NCBI GenBank assembly: GCA_965248925.1
Contig: CBDFLE010000006.1
Span: 448,001 to 512,000, forward strand
Origin: Candidatus Multivoradales bacterium
GTDB lineage: Bacteria; Acidobacteriota; Thermoanaerobaculia; Multivoradales; J023
Reading direction: 5' to 3'
DNA length: 64,000 nt
Shown here: positions 19,092 through 28,368 of the stretch, one piece after another
Position numbering within the stretch: position 1 is the first letter of the stretch
How the letters are laid out: each line of letters starts with the position of its first letter
Program-made: the position numbers and the translations under genes
The notes under the pieces: generated by a model
Seen by the model: only the letters and a program-made list of their open reading frames with translations
Told to the model about the DNA's origin: nothing
The model's database searches: none

Positions 19092-21097
19092 GCGCCAGGC
19101 GCCCATGGGGCCGGCACAGCCGCTTCGATCGGGGCCGGGCGCTGCTGGTGACCGTTGCCAAGGCGACAGATCCGCCTTGGCTCGGCAGAGTTCTGAGGGA
19201 GGGCGGCAAAGCCTTGCAGGACGTGCTGGTAGATAGCCAACGCTGTGCCTACCACCCCGGCAACGTGATGCGCCTCGACGGCCCCGGCGCCAGCCTCAAG
19301 ATGGTGGACACCGAGCTCGAGCGTCTGGTTGAAGAAGCACGGCAAGGAGACACGGTGATTTTCTATTTCGCTGGTCATGGGAAGCGGGAACTCAACAATG
19401 GAGCCATGGCGCTATCCCTCTGCCTGCACGGCGGCCAACTCCTTTCACCGAGCGCCTTGCAGGCAAAGTTGGATTCCCTGGCCGAGAGGCTGGTCGGCGG
19501 CAAGTTGGTCATCATTCTCGATTGTTGCTGGGCCGGGGCATTGAACCTTCCAGCACCTCCTTTGCCAGGAGCGGCTAGCCCGCCAGCGATTCAGATCCTC
19601 TTCGAGCCTATAGAAAGGGGAGGGGGCCGGGTCGTGTTGGCCGCGGTGAGCGCCGATCAGCAGGCGATGGTGCCTGCCCGTCGCCCGCAGAGCCTGATGA
19701 CCGGCTTTCTTGTCGATGGACTGCGGGGCCAGGCCGGTGGAGCGCTTAGCGGGCGGCTCGGTAGTTGTGTGATCGAAGTCCTCTCCTGGATGCGGTGGCT
19801 GAACGGGTGGAGTCGCCGCTTGCAGGATCGGGGTTGGGGAACGGTGCGGGTCTTCGAACTCTTCGAGTTCGTCAGCCGCCAGGTCGAGAGAGAAGCCCAT
19901 CGGCAAGGCCTGGCGATTCACACGGTGGTGCTCAAGGCGGACGTGCGCCGCAACTTCGCCCTCGCCCTGCGACTCCCGAGCCTCTGGCTCTGTCTGCTAA
20001 TCCTAGCGGTCTTGGCTGCCGCTCTGGCCCTGCTCTACTGTCCCGAAGTAGAGCTCGGGCTGCGCGGCCCGCCGGTGGCCACCCTCGGAGCCCAAGTGTT
20101 GATCGAAGTGCGCGCCGATCGCTGTGTTGGCGGTGAGCTTGGCCTGGTCGCTCGCGCCGCGGCGGGAGGCGGCTGGTATCTCATCGGCACCCGCCGCATC
20201 ACGACCGCGGGGGTCTACCCCTTCGCCTTTGAGCCCGCCACCGAAACTCTGCAGGGAGAAGACTCCTATCAGCTGCGGGCCGTGCTCAGCCAACAGGCGC
20301 TGCCTCCAGGACCGTTCTCCCTGCCCCCGACCGCCGGTCGCTGGCGCCGATTGCTGATCCGACTGGCGCAAGTTGCCGGGGTCGACCCTCCGCCACCGGC
20401 CAGCATCTCCCCACCTACGGAGTTGCGCCTGGGGGCGATAGAAATCCTCAGCATCAACGGACAAGACCGAGCAGCCGCCCAACCGTCTCAGGCGGTGCCG
20501 GCGCTCGCCAGCGTCGCTGGCGTGGCCCACAACTTAGAGGGACAGCGGGTCGAGCTGCGGATCCGAGCACCAGGAGCCTCCGCGGTAGAGAGTCGGAGGG
20601 TAGCGCTGGTCGAAGGCGGCCGCTGGCAAGTCGCCTCTGTGCCACTGCGCGACGCCTACGCCTGGCATCCCCAAGATGTCGCCCTCGAGGCACGGATCGA
20701 GCTTGTCGGCGTCGAACCCTTCGTCTCCGCGGCCTGGAATCTCCGACTCGAGCCGCCGCGAGCTTGGATCATTGCTGCCGCCGACTGGACGCGCGGCGAG
20801 CAAGACTGTCGGCTACCCCCTTGGAGTAGCTTCGAGATCCGCGGCAGGGCACTGCATGTCCTCCCAGGAGAGGAGGCTTGTGTGGCGATCCTCGGCGAGG
20901 GTAAGACTACCCAAACCGGGCTGTGGTGCCGGCGGGCGGAGATAGACCCGGGCGGTCGCTGGGAGACGCGCATCGAAATCGCCGATGGCGAGCGTTTCCA
21001 GCTCTTCGCCGCGGTGTGCGCGAGGTGCCCGGATCGCCGCGGCCTGGCCACCCTGGGGACGGCGCAGCTCTGTCGGGCGAAAGGCAGCGGGCGATGA
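19088..21097 (+). CDS. caspase-like (peptidase C14) protein with TM helix and C-terminal beta-rich repeats
   Basis: FYFAGHG and IILDCCWAG dyad motifs, SLMTGFLVDGLRG, TM LWLCLLILAVLAAALALLYC. Confidence 0.85.
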   Translation: MSARRPWGRHSRFDRGRALLVTVAKATDPPWLGRVLREGGKALQDVLVDSQRCAYHPGNVMRLDGPGASLKMVDTELERLVEEARQGDTVIFYFAGHGKRELNNGAMALSLCLHGGQLLSPSALQAKLDSLAERLVGGKLVIILDCCWAGALNLPAPPLPGAASPPAIQILFEPIERGGGRVVLAAVSADQQAMVPARRPQSLMTGFLVDGLRGQAGGALSGRLGSCVIEVLSWMRWLNGWSRRLQDRGWGTVRVFELFEFVSRQVEREAHRQGLAIHTVVLKADVRRNFALALRLPSLWLCLLILAVLAAALALLYCPEVELGLRGPPVATLGAQVLIEVRADRCVGGELGLVARAAAGGGWYLIGTRRITTAGVYPFAFEPATETLQGEDSYQLRAVLSQQALPPGPFSLPPTAGRWRRLLIRLAQVAGVDPPPPASISPPTELRLGAIEILSINGQDRAAAQPSQAVPALASVAGVAHNLEGQRVELRIRAPGASAVESRRVALVEGGRWQVASVPLRDAYAWHPQDVALEARIELVGVEPFVSAAWNLRLEPPRAWIIAAADWTRGEQDCRLPPWSSFEIRGRALHVLPGEEACVAILGEGKTTQTGLWCRRAEIDPGGRWETRIEIADGERFQLFAAVCARCPDRRGLATLGTAQLCRAKGSGR

Positions 21098-22821
21098 CGT
21101 TCCGAGGCGAGAGTCCAACCCGGATGGGAGCGGCACTGCTGCGCCGGCTCGGCGTTTCTCGATTGCGGCTCCCCTGCCGACTGAAGAGGGTGTTGGCGGT
21201 GCTGTGGCCGCTCCTGATGCCGCTGCCCCTGGTCGCCGGGGCGCCAGTTTCCTCACCGGTCAAGGTAGAGATCGTCTCTATCGCCGGGCGGAAGGTGCGG
21301 CAGGTGGTGGAAGTAGAGGCACAGGAGGATATGGCCGGCACCCTGGCCACCATCTCTTCCGGTCTGCCCGAATCCACCTGGGTGCTACAGATTGCCCGCC
21401 GTGAAGTGGGGCAACAGGACTGGCACATCTTGCGCCCTCTGGCCAAGCTCGAGGTAGCGCAACGGGAAATCCAGTGGCGGCTCACCGGGGTGGATTTCGG
21501 TAGCGGCCTGGCCTTTGGCGGCTGTGGTCGCGACTTCGAAGTGATGGCGGTCGCAGCTACCCACCCCCTGCCCCTATCGGCCTTCGGCGAGATGGCCTTG
21601 AGCGCCGCCGCCGCGCTCTCCGCGCCGGTCAAAGTGCACCGCCAGGCGTGCCGCCTGCCGCCGCTACCGGCTCCACAGCCCAACATCCGTATCGCCGAAA
21701 TCGGCACGCGTGCGGTAGATCCCGACAGCAGGTACGAGGTCCGCCTGCAAGAGACCCTCCACGGCGAAGTCATAAAAACGGCCGAAACGGTCGTCAGATT
21801 AGTGGTACAGCCGCTCAACGTGACCGCGAGGTGGGTGATGGAAATGGATCCGCAGATCAGCGGACCACGGTGGACCGGACAGGCTCTGTTCGGGCGCCAA
21901 GGGTTGGATGAGTGGGTGGATTTTCTGGTCTTTGCGGTAGTGACGGATCCGCGCCTACCGACCGGCCGAGGCATCAAACCCGACGAGTGGCGCCGCCTGC
22001 AGCGCCAGTTCTTCCTGGCCACCTCGCCTGCCATCCTGGTGCGCCGGGTCGAGTTGCCCGAGGGAGAGCAAGGCACCCTCGAGATTCTGGCCATCGAAGG
22101 TAAGAGCGTGGCGGAACCCGGCCTCTACTTGGTCGATCGGCTCAGCGGCATTGTCGGCATCCTGCAAGGACATTCCCGATCGCGCAATGAGGATGTTTGG
22201 GTGCTGGCCATGGAGCGACACGGTGACGATGTGTGGCGGGTGCTCGGCAAGGCCTCCATCCGTGACCATCGCTTCTGGCAACTTCCACCCACCACCCTGG
22301 GCAAGCCGGGAGCGCTTATCGACCTGGTCGCCGTGCTGTCGCCACAACCGATTGTCACTTTGGGCTCCGATGCAATAAATCACGAGATATCGATCTCCCA
22401 GCGGGTGCAGGTGATCCTCGACGACCGGTCGCCGGTGGAGCTGCTTTGGACTTGTGTTGGCGGCCAGCAGGCCGCCGAGCTGGAAACCTTGACGGTACCG
22501 CCGTTCGGTGATTTGGCAGGACTGGTCGGCGGACGCCCGCTGGCGCCTGAAGAGCAAGTCACGATCTTCAAGCGGCGGCCTGACAAGGGGCCCTGGCAGC
22601 TCCTCCGTCATGCCAGCTTCGACAGCGAGCAACGCAGCCATTGGTCGGTCTTGCCGGTGGAGCTCGGCCGACCCGGCGAAAGCTTGCTGCTGCTGGCGGC
22701 GATCACCCGTGGCGAGGTGCGCGACCCGGAGAGCGCCGATCCTGGCGCCATCGTACGCCTCTCCCACCTGCTCGAAATCAAGATCAGGAAGACCCGCGGA
22801 GCCTACGGCAGATGCCGGTGA
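21094..22821 (+). CDS. exported protein with about 4 beta-rich repeats
   Basis: ATGA-coupled; hydrophobic leader; repeated I..I.G..V..G..VWV..W..W..LG..L.AV pattern. Confidence 0.7.
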   Translation: MTFRGESPTRMGAALLRRLGVSRLRLPCRLKRVLAVLWPLLMPLPLVAGAPVSSPVKVEIVSIAGRKVRQVVEVEAQEDMAGTLATISSGLPESTWVLQIARREVGQQDWHILRPLAKLEVAQREIQWRLTGVDFGSGLAFGGCGRDFEVMAVAATHPLPLSAFGEMALSAAAALSAPVKVHRQACRLPPLPAPQPNIRIAEIGTRAVDPDSRYEVRLQETLHGEVIKTAETVVRLVVQPLNVTARWVMEMDPQISGPRWTGQALFGRQGLDEWVDFLVFAVVTDPRLPTGRGIKPDEWRRLQRQFFLATSPAILVRRVELPEGEQGTLEILAIEGKSVAEPGLYLVDRLSGIVGILQGHSRSRNEDVWVLAMERHGDDVWRVLGKASIRDHRFWQLPPTTLGKPGALIDLVAVLSPQPIVTLGSDAINHEISISQRVQVILDDRSPVELLWTCVGGQQAAELETLTVPPFGDLAGLVGGRPLAPEEQVTIFKRRPDKGPWQLLRHASFDSEQRSHWSVLPVELGRPGESLLLLAAITRGEVRDPESADPGAIVRLSHLLEIKIRKTRGAYGRCR

Positions 22822-25322
22822 GAGCCCTGATATTTCTGGCTCTGCTGGGCTGGCCCGGCCTGGGGCAAGGCCAGCAGCCGATCGCCGGTGGACCAGCGCC
22901 CGCGGCGACTTCGATACATCCCAGCTACGGCCCGCTGATCCATCTTCGGCGCCTCGGCGGGCTCGCCCTCGAGCCTGGGTCGCCGCCGCTTCGCTTGGAT
23001 GCTTACCGCGCCTGGGCGGGGCTCGACGCCGACCTCGAAATCTGGCCACCTTCAGTGCCTGCCGGAAGTGTCTGGGTGATGGTCCAGGGCCGCAGTAGCG
23101 ACACTTGGCTAGCCTACGGGCCCGCCAACCACAGCCAAGGAAGGTGGATCGTGCCCGGCGTTCGTCTCGGTGAAGGCATCGACCAGGGGCGCAGCTACCA
23201 ACTACGGGCGGCGATCCTGCCCGAAGATCTGGTGCCACGCTCCGGTCATCCAGTGGTGGGTTGGCTGGCACGGGCGCTGGTGTTTTCGCCGGCAGTGTCG
23301 ATCAGCGTCGAGCATCGTGCGGTCATACCCCTGCAACCCGCTGGCGCGGCCCGCTTGTGGATCTCGACCATCGATCACCGCACACCAGCAGTGCTCGAGC
23401 CGATGGCAACGGCCGCGGTCGTCGAGGTCGAGGGAACACTCGCTCTTCCAGATGACCTGGCCACAGCAGCAGTGAGCGGCGAATCGCCCCAAGTCTATGT
23501 GGTGGTAAGGCCCGCTGGCGGCAGCGGGCGGCGGGTCTTCGGCCCCGCCGGGATCAGTGGCGGGACCTGGCGGCAGGCCGAAGTAGCGGTGGCGGAAGCT
23601 GGAGAACGGCATTGGCTGCACTACCGGCTCCATGCCGTCTTGGCCTCAGAACCACCGCCGGGGGATCTCGAGAACGATGCCGCCTACAGCCGTTGGCGAC
23701 ACGGTGCAAGGGCGGCTTCCCGCTCCATCGATCTCACCATTCGGCCACGAGAGACACCGCCTAGTCTGCCGGCTCCAGAGATCTACCTCGAGGCAGTGAA
23801 GACCGCCCAAGGCGAAATCCTCGGCGACCAACAACCTGTCTTCGTGCGCACCGACGACCCGATTGTCGAGATCAGCGGCCGGGTGGAGGGCGCGCCTCAA
23901 GGCGCCTATGTCTGGGTGCTCGTTCATTCGCCGAACACCCCGGTCTGGGAGACCCTGGGGCCGGCCCTGCTCGAGCCTCCGCGCTGGCGGCTACCGCTTG
24001 CCGCCGGCAGTCCCCGGAGCCCCGCCACCGGTTCGCGAATGATGGCCATCTTGACCACCGAGGCCCAATTGACAGGCTGGGTGAGGTACGCCTCCTGGCG
24101 GCGCCGGGCTCTGGCGGTTTCAGAAAGCCTGAGCTTGCAGTTCGTGGGCGCTGGCGAAACGCGAGACCAGGGATCTGCCGAATCCAGCCTTAGGATCCGC
24201 CGTGTCGCGGGGACGGTAGTCGGCAAGGCGCCGGCCGAGGCGGCATTGAGCGACGATCCGTCGGTACAAGGTTCCGTCACTGGCCTGCCCGCGGATGCCG
24301 GAGTGTGGGTGGCCAGCCGCCCCCTCAAGGCGCAGCAGTGGGCCCTCAGCGGCCCGGCGCTGATCCACGGCGACCACTGGTACTTGCCACAGGCGCGCTT
24401 TGCCGACGGCACAGAGGCGACCGATCGCCCGGGGGAGTTTGACCTTGTTGCCCTCGTCGCCACCGGTGAGCCACCGGCACCAGCCATCGCCCAGACCGAC
24501 CTACGCTGGCTGGCCCGCGCCACCTCACCGGTAGTGCGGATCCGTGATCTCGATGCCAAGCCGCGGACCCGACAGCGGCGAACATTCACTTTCTGGAGGG
24601 CCTTGCCGATGGATCTATGGCTGCTACCCCTGGCGATCGTGCTGCTGCTGGTTGTCCTGCTCACCCTGGCCTCCCTATTCGAGACGTTCGCTCGCCTCTG
24701 CCTGGACCTCGCCCAGAATGTAGATCGGCTCAGCGTCTACCTGCACCGGCAGTTTGCCTACCTCCCTAGAACTCGGGCCGACGCCTCGGTGATCGGACTC
24801 ATCGTGCTCGCCATAGCTCTCTTTGCCATCTCCGTCTACCTACCCGTTTACACCCAAGTCCTGGCAACCACCTTCAAATTGACCGAAGAGGTGGCGAAAA
24901 GCCTTGCCTTGATGCTGGTCTGCGCCACCGGCCTGGCCGGCATCCTCATTCACTTATCGCTCGAATTCGAAGACCAGGAACGGGCGGGATTTCTGTCCAA
25001 TTTTCTCGCTAGCCTGTGCATGTGCGTGACCCCACTCCTGTGGTTCTTCCAGGCGGTGGTCTACCACCACTTCTACTCGCAACAGCTCGGTTCCGCCGGG
25101 GAGGCGTCCCTGCCCTTCGCCATGGCCCTGGCGGCGTTCTTTATCTCCTTTATCGAAACCCTCGCTTTCTTCTGGGCGACCCGTCTCGGGCTCGGCGTGA
25201 TTACCTGGCTTTGCGTACATCTGCTACTCGCTCCATTGCACCTACTAGCCCGCCTGGCAGAGTTGGCCGGGAAGTCTCGGCAACCTGGCGACATCCACAA
25301 CAAAAGTGAGGCAAGCCCATGA
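22812..25322 (+). CDS. membrane protein: signal peptide, 4 beta-rich repeats, about 5 C-terminal TM helices
   Basis: MPVRALIFLALLGWPG; repeats VWV...W...GPA...W; hydrophobic C-terminal third. Confidence 0.75.
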   Translation: MPVRALIFLALLGWPGLGQGQQPIAGGPAPAATSIHPSYGPLIHLRRLGGLALEPGSPPLRLDAYRAWAGLDADLEIWPPSVPAGSVWVMVQGRSSDTWLAYGPANHSQGRWIVPGVRLGEGIDQGRSYQLRAAILPEDLVPRSGHPVVGWLARALVFSPAVSISVEHRAVIPLQPAGAARLWISTIDHRTPAVLEPMATAAVVEVEGTLALPDDLATAAVSGESPQVYVVVRPAGGSGRRVFGPAGISGGTWRQAEVAVAEAGERHWLHYRLHAVLASEPPPGDLENDAAYSRWRHGARAASRSIDLTIRPRETPPSLPAPEIYLEAVKTAQGEILGDQQPVFVRTDDPIVEISGRVEGAPQGAYVWVLVHSPNTPVWETLGPALLEPPRWRLPLAAGSPRSPATGSRMMAILTTEAQLTGWVRYASWRRRALAVSESLSLQFVGAGETRDQGSAESSLRIRRVAGTVVGKAPAEAALSDDPSVQGSVTGLPADAGVWVASRPLKAQQWALSGPALIHGDHWYLPQARFADGTEATDRPGEFDLVALVATGEPPAPAIAQTDLRWLARATSPVVRIRDLDAKPRTRQRRTFTFWRALPMDLWLLPLAIVLLLVVLLTLASLFETFARLCLDLAQNVDRLSVYLHRQFAYLPRTRADASVIGLIVLAIALFAISVYLPVYTQVLATTFKLTEEVAKSLALMLVCATGLAGILIHLSLEFEDQERAGFLSNFLASLCMCVTPLLWFFQAVVYHHFYSQQLGSAGEASLPFAMALAAFFISFIETLAFFWATRLGLGVITWLCVHLLLAPLHLLARLAELAGKSRQPGDIHNKSEASP

Positions 25323-26137
25323 AAATGTTTCTCGTCGCTCCTATTGTGCTCATCCTGATCGCCTGCATTATTTGGTATCTTGTCAAACCAGATCCCTGGA
25401 AACCAGAGGGGGAGACCTATCGACGCGACATCTTCCTACTGATTGACCAGACTCCGTCGATAAGCGAAGAGGAATTCGGACTGCTCAAAGACCTAGCCTT
25501 GAAAAAAATAATAAAGCATCTTGGTCCGGGTGATCGGCTCTCTTGCTTCAGCGTTGATGTGGAGTTCACAGAAGCAGATGACCTGATCTTCGAGGCCGCG
25601 GGAGAGTTGCCGAAGCTGCCAGACAACTATCCGGTCGAAGAAACTGATCCATGGCCGGAACGAGCGCGATTGGACCTTGCCCGCCGGTGGGCGTCGTTCG
25701 AGCCCATCCGGGCGGACTGGGTCGAAAAGATTACCGCACTCGAACTCTTACCTCCCACCAAGAGCAGCGACTATTTCCCGGCCATCGAGTATCTGGGCGG
25801 GCTGATGACGACGAGATGCAAAGCCGCCGAGTGCTGGCTGATCGTCCTGGGAGATCTCAAGCATGAGCCCTTGTCTGATCTCGAATCCATGGCCGACGAC
25901 CTAGCCACCCCGAGCTTGTTCACCGGGGTCAAGGCGCGACTGGTGTCGCCTTACGGCACAAACTCCGACGCAGAGCAAAAGAAAATCGAAGGCGCCTGGG
26001 AGAAGTTCTTCCCTCACCCAGACGACCAAGACCATCTATTCAATTCGCTTGTCGGTTTCTCCGGCCTACCCGAAACCAGCGCACCGCGTCCCGAATCCCT
26101 AGCCAAAAACCCTACTGAACCGCAAGGGGGTCCATGA
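25319..26137 (+). CDS. membrane-anchored vWA-like protein
   Basis: N-terminal TM, IFLLIDQTPS (MIDAS-like DxTxS), GPGDRL, SDY, LIVLGDL. Confidence 0.6.
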   Translation: MKMFLVAPIVLILIACIIWYLVKPDPWKPEGETYRRDIFLLIDQTPSISEEEFGLLKDLALKKIIKHLGPGDRLSCFSVDVEFTEADDLIFEAAGELPKLPDNYPVEETDPWPERARLDLARRWASFEPIRADWVEKITALELLPPTKSSDYFPAIEYLGGLMTTRCKAAECWLIVLGDLKHEPLSDLESMADDLATPSLFTGVKARLVSPYGTNSDAEQKKIEGAWEKFFPHPDDQDHLFNSLVGFSGLPETSAPRPESLAKNPTEPQGGP

Positions 26138-26643
26138 TGTCCACAATTCCGAATTCTCCGATCCGTACTCTGGCCAAGACCTCGACCAGGCGCGGCGGGC
26201 CTCGCGGGTCGGCAAAGTTGTTGGGGCTTGCGTTGCTAGTTCTCACCGCTGGTGGCTGCGCTTCAGCCCCTGCGGCCCTCGACGTACAGCCGCGGACCGA
26301 GTTGGTCGCTTGGCAGTTCGACCCCTCGTGTGCTGAGACGCAGCCCTGTCCACGGGTCTACATTCGCGGACGGGCGCCCGCCGGGCTGGCCGTCTTCGTG
26401 GCGGTGGCTCCCCTCACCGCGGCTCCCAAGATGTGGATCCAGCCGCCCATCCTAGTCCGCAGAGACGGCTCTTTCGAAGGTCTTGCCTATCTCGGGTCCG
26501 AAACCCAAGGCGCTGGCCAGAGGTTCCAACTGCTGGTCCTGGCACATCGGGACCCGCAGCGTTTTCGCACCGAGGAAATCTTGACCGACGTCCCCCTCGA
26601 CTGCACGGTCAGCGATCCTGTGACCGTCCAACGAGTCCACTAG
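26134..26643 (+). CDS. lipoprotein with one beta-rich repeat
   Basis: LLVLTAGGC lipobox; VFVAVAP..WIQPP..DGSFEG.AYLG..GQRFQLLVL. Confidence 0.7.
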   Translation: MMSTIPNSPIRTLAKTSTRRGGPRGSAKLLGLALLVLTAGGCASAPAALDVQPRTELVAWQFDPSCAETQPCPRVYIRGRAPAGLAVFVAVAPLTAAPKMWIQPPILVRRDGSFEGLAYLGSETQGAGQRFQLLVLAHRDPQRFRTEEILTDVPLDCTVSDPVTVQRVH

Positions 26644-26656
26644 AAGGGAGGTCAGA

Positions 26657-26755
26657 ATGAAAGTCTTCTGGATCTGTACCCTGCTCAGCGGGTGTTGGGC
26701 CGCGGAGGCCTTCGGTCAAGAAGAGAGCCGACTCGGCCTGAGACAAGAACCCTAG
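26657..26755 (+). CDS. 32-aa signal-peptide-like ORF (peptide or truncated last operon gene)
   Basis: GGGAGG RBS; MKVFWICTLLSGCWAAEAFGQEESRLGLRQEP. Confidence 0.35.
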   Translation: MKVFWICTLLSGCWAAEAFGQEESRLGLRQEP

Positions 26756-26758
26756 TTA

Positions 26759-27298
26759 TCAATCGATCAGCTTGGCAAGCCGTAGGCCGAGGGCTTCGAG
26801 TTCTTCGGGCGCTGCCTCGGGCCATAACACCTGACCGCCGACGAACGCCGCGTACTCGATGCGGGCCAGCTTGCGGCAAGAACTCGGATCAGCCGAGCTG
26901 CGACTGCCGCGCAGCTCGGCGAGGTAGTCGATGCGGGCTTCATCGACCCGGCGAACCTCCGCTCTGACCTGCGATTCTACCGCCCCGAGATTCCGCATCC
27001 CCAGCTCAACAGCACCGTTGAGGCGCACCGCGAGATGATTCAGCCGTTGCAACCGCGAGCCAACATCGCCCTCGGCGGTAGCTAGAATCAGTGCCGCGGT
27101 GTTGCGCTGCCGCCAGAGGTCGGTCATTGCCGCGACGAACTCCGAATGCTCGCGAAAGTGGTGGTAGAAGCTGCCGCGAGTACGATCCGCCGCCGCGCAC
27201 AAGCTCTCGAGGGTCAGCCCGGCCGGCCCTTGGCCGGCGAGCTGCCGCAGCCCCAATTCCAGCCAATCCCGCCGGGCGAAGCGCTGCCGCGCTTTCAT
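26759..27298 (-). CDS. TetR family regulator
   Basis: RDWLELGL..LTLESLCAAADRTRGSFYHHF. Confidence 0.9.
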   Translation of the reverse strand: MKARQRFARRDWLELGLRQLAGQGPAGLTLESLCAAADRTRGSFYHHFREHSEFVAAMTDLWRQRNTAALILATAEGDVGSRLQRLNHLAVRLNGAVELGMRNLGAVESQVRAEVRRVDEARIDYLAELRGSRSSADPSSCRKLARIEYAAFVGGQVLWPEAAPEELEALGLRLAKLID

Positions 27299-27669
27299 CG
27301 CCAGAGACCGAACAGGCCGAGCACCGTCACCGGAAGAAACAGCGCCCACTGCGGTAGGTGCAGAGGCTTCTGCTGCTTCCACACCACCAGCGCGCCGCTC
27401 CACACCGTGAAGGCAGCGGCCAGAGCGGTCATCAGCACCGCCAACTCGATCGCTTCGGGCCAACGCGCCGCCCAGGCAAAGCTCACCGGCATCGCCACCA
27501 AGACGAGGGTGACGATGTGCCAGCAATAGTAGTTGGTGTACTTCGCCACCGGATGCAGGTAGCGCGCCCGCAGCAGCGGCCGAGCACTAGTCGGCCCACC
27601 GAGGAAAACGTGCAGGCCGCAAACCACCGCTGAGACCGCAGCGGCACCATATAGAAACTGACTAGCCAT
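27295..27669 (-). CDS. small 4-TM membrane protein
   Basis: LHVFLGGP, YYCWHIVT, LPQWALF; coupled to tetR. Confidence 0.8.
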   Translation of the reverse strand: MASQFLYGAAAVSAVVCGLHVFLGGPTSARPLLRARYLHPVAKYTNYYCWHIVTLVLVAMPVSFAWAARWPEAIELAVLMTALAAAFTVWSGALVVWKQQKPLHLPQWALFLPVTVLGLFGLWR

Positions 27670-27694
27670 CACTCTTGCTCCTCTGAGTCGTTCG

Positions 27695-27716
27695 AAACAT
27701 ACCACATGGTATGTTT
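27695..27716. promoter_or_regulatory. TetR operator palindrome
   Basis: AAACATACCA-CA-TGGTATGTTT, perfect 10-bp arms. Confidence 0.7.
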
Positions 27717-27789
27717 GTGAAGACTGCTAGTCGCCCCGCTATGGGCCGCGCCTACGAGCGGGAGATGCCGCAGCGGAAGTCCTTCGGGG

Positions 27790-28278
27790 TCACTCTCCCC
27801 TGAGGCGCAGGGTCACAGTCGTCCTCTCCCCTTCTATAAACGTCACTTCCACCGGATCGATATCACCGGCGGAACTCCGCCCCTTGACTCGATAGCGCCC
27901 TGGCGCCGCCAGCCGCGGTACCCCCGGTCGTAGAATCCCGCCGCTGTAGATCTGCCCGTCAAGGGGCTGGATGAAAGCGCGGTCAGGCTCTCTCGAATAG
28001 TTCACCGAGGGTGCGTAGTTGACCACGAGCCAGCCCATCGCCGCCGCCTCGAAGGTCACCCTCACGGTCTTGCCGCTAACGATCTCGATCTCCCGCGGCT
28101 CGAAGGTGCTGGCGGCGGCTTGACCGACAACCTGGTAACGGCCCGGCACCAGCATTTTGGGTGCCCTAAGATCGCCATGAATGCTGTCCTTGCGATCTAG
28201 CGCGGTAGCATTGTACCGATCAGGCATTCGCCGATGGTCGGGAACTTCGCAATCGTCAGCTTCAGGTAAGGCAGGCAC
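27790..28278 (-). CDS. hypothetical protein, probably C-terminal fragment with two PGRYxV beta repeats
   Basis: PGRYQVV / PGRYRVK repeats; no clear N-terminus. Confidence 0.45.
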   Translation of the reverse strand: MPALPEADDCEVPDHRRMPDRYNATALDRKDSIHGDLRAPKMLVPGRYQVVGQAAASTFEPREIEIVSGKTVRVTFEAAAMGWLVVNYAPSVNYSREPDRAFIQPLDGQIYSGGILRPGVPRLAAPGRYRVKGRSSAGDIDPVEVTFIEGERTTVTLRLRGE

Positions 28279-28368
28279 GCTCTCCGGTGATTGAGTTGAA
28301 CTTATCGACTAGCGACCGCCGATACCGCTTCGCGTACACCTTCTGCCGAGCAGCAGCCTACTTGGCGC

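Noticed and set aside
14476-21097. Gasdermin or type III-E CRISPR effector as protease target
   Set aside because: No gasdermin-like, Cas7-11 or CRISPR sequence recognisable in the window
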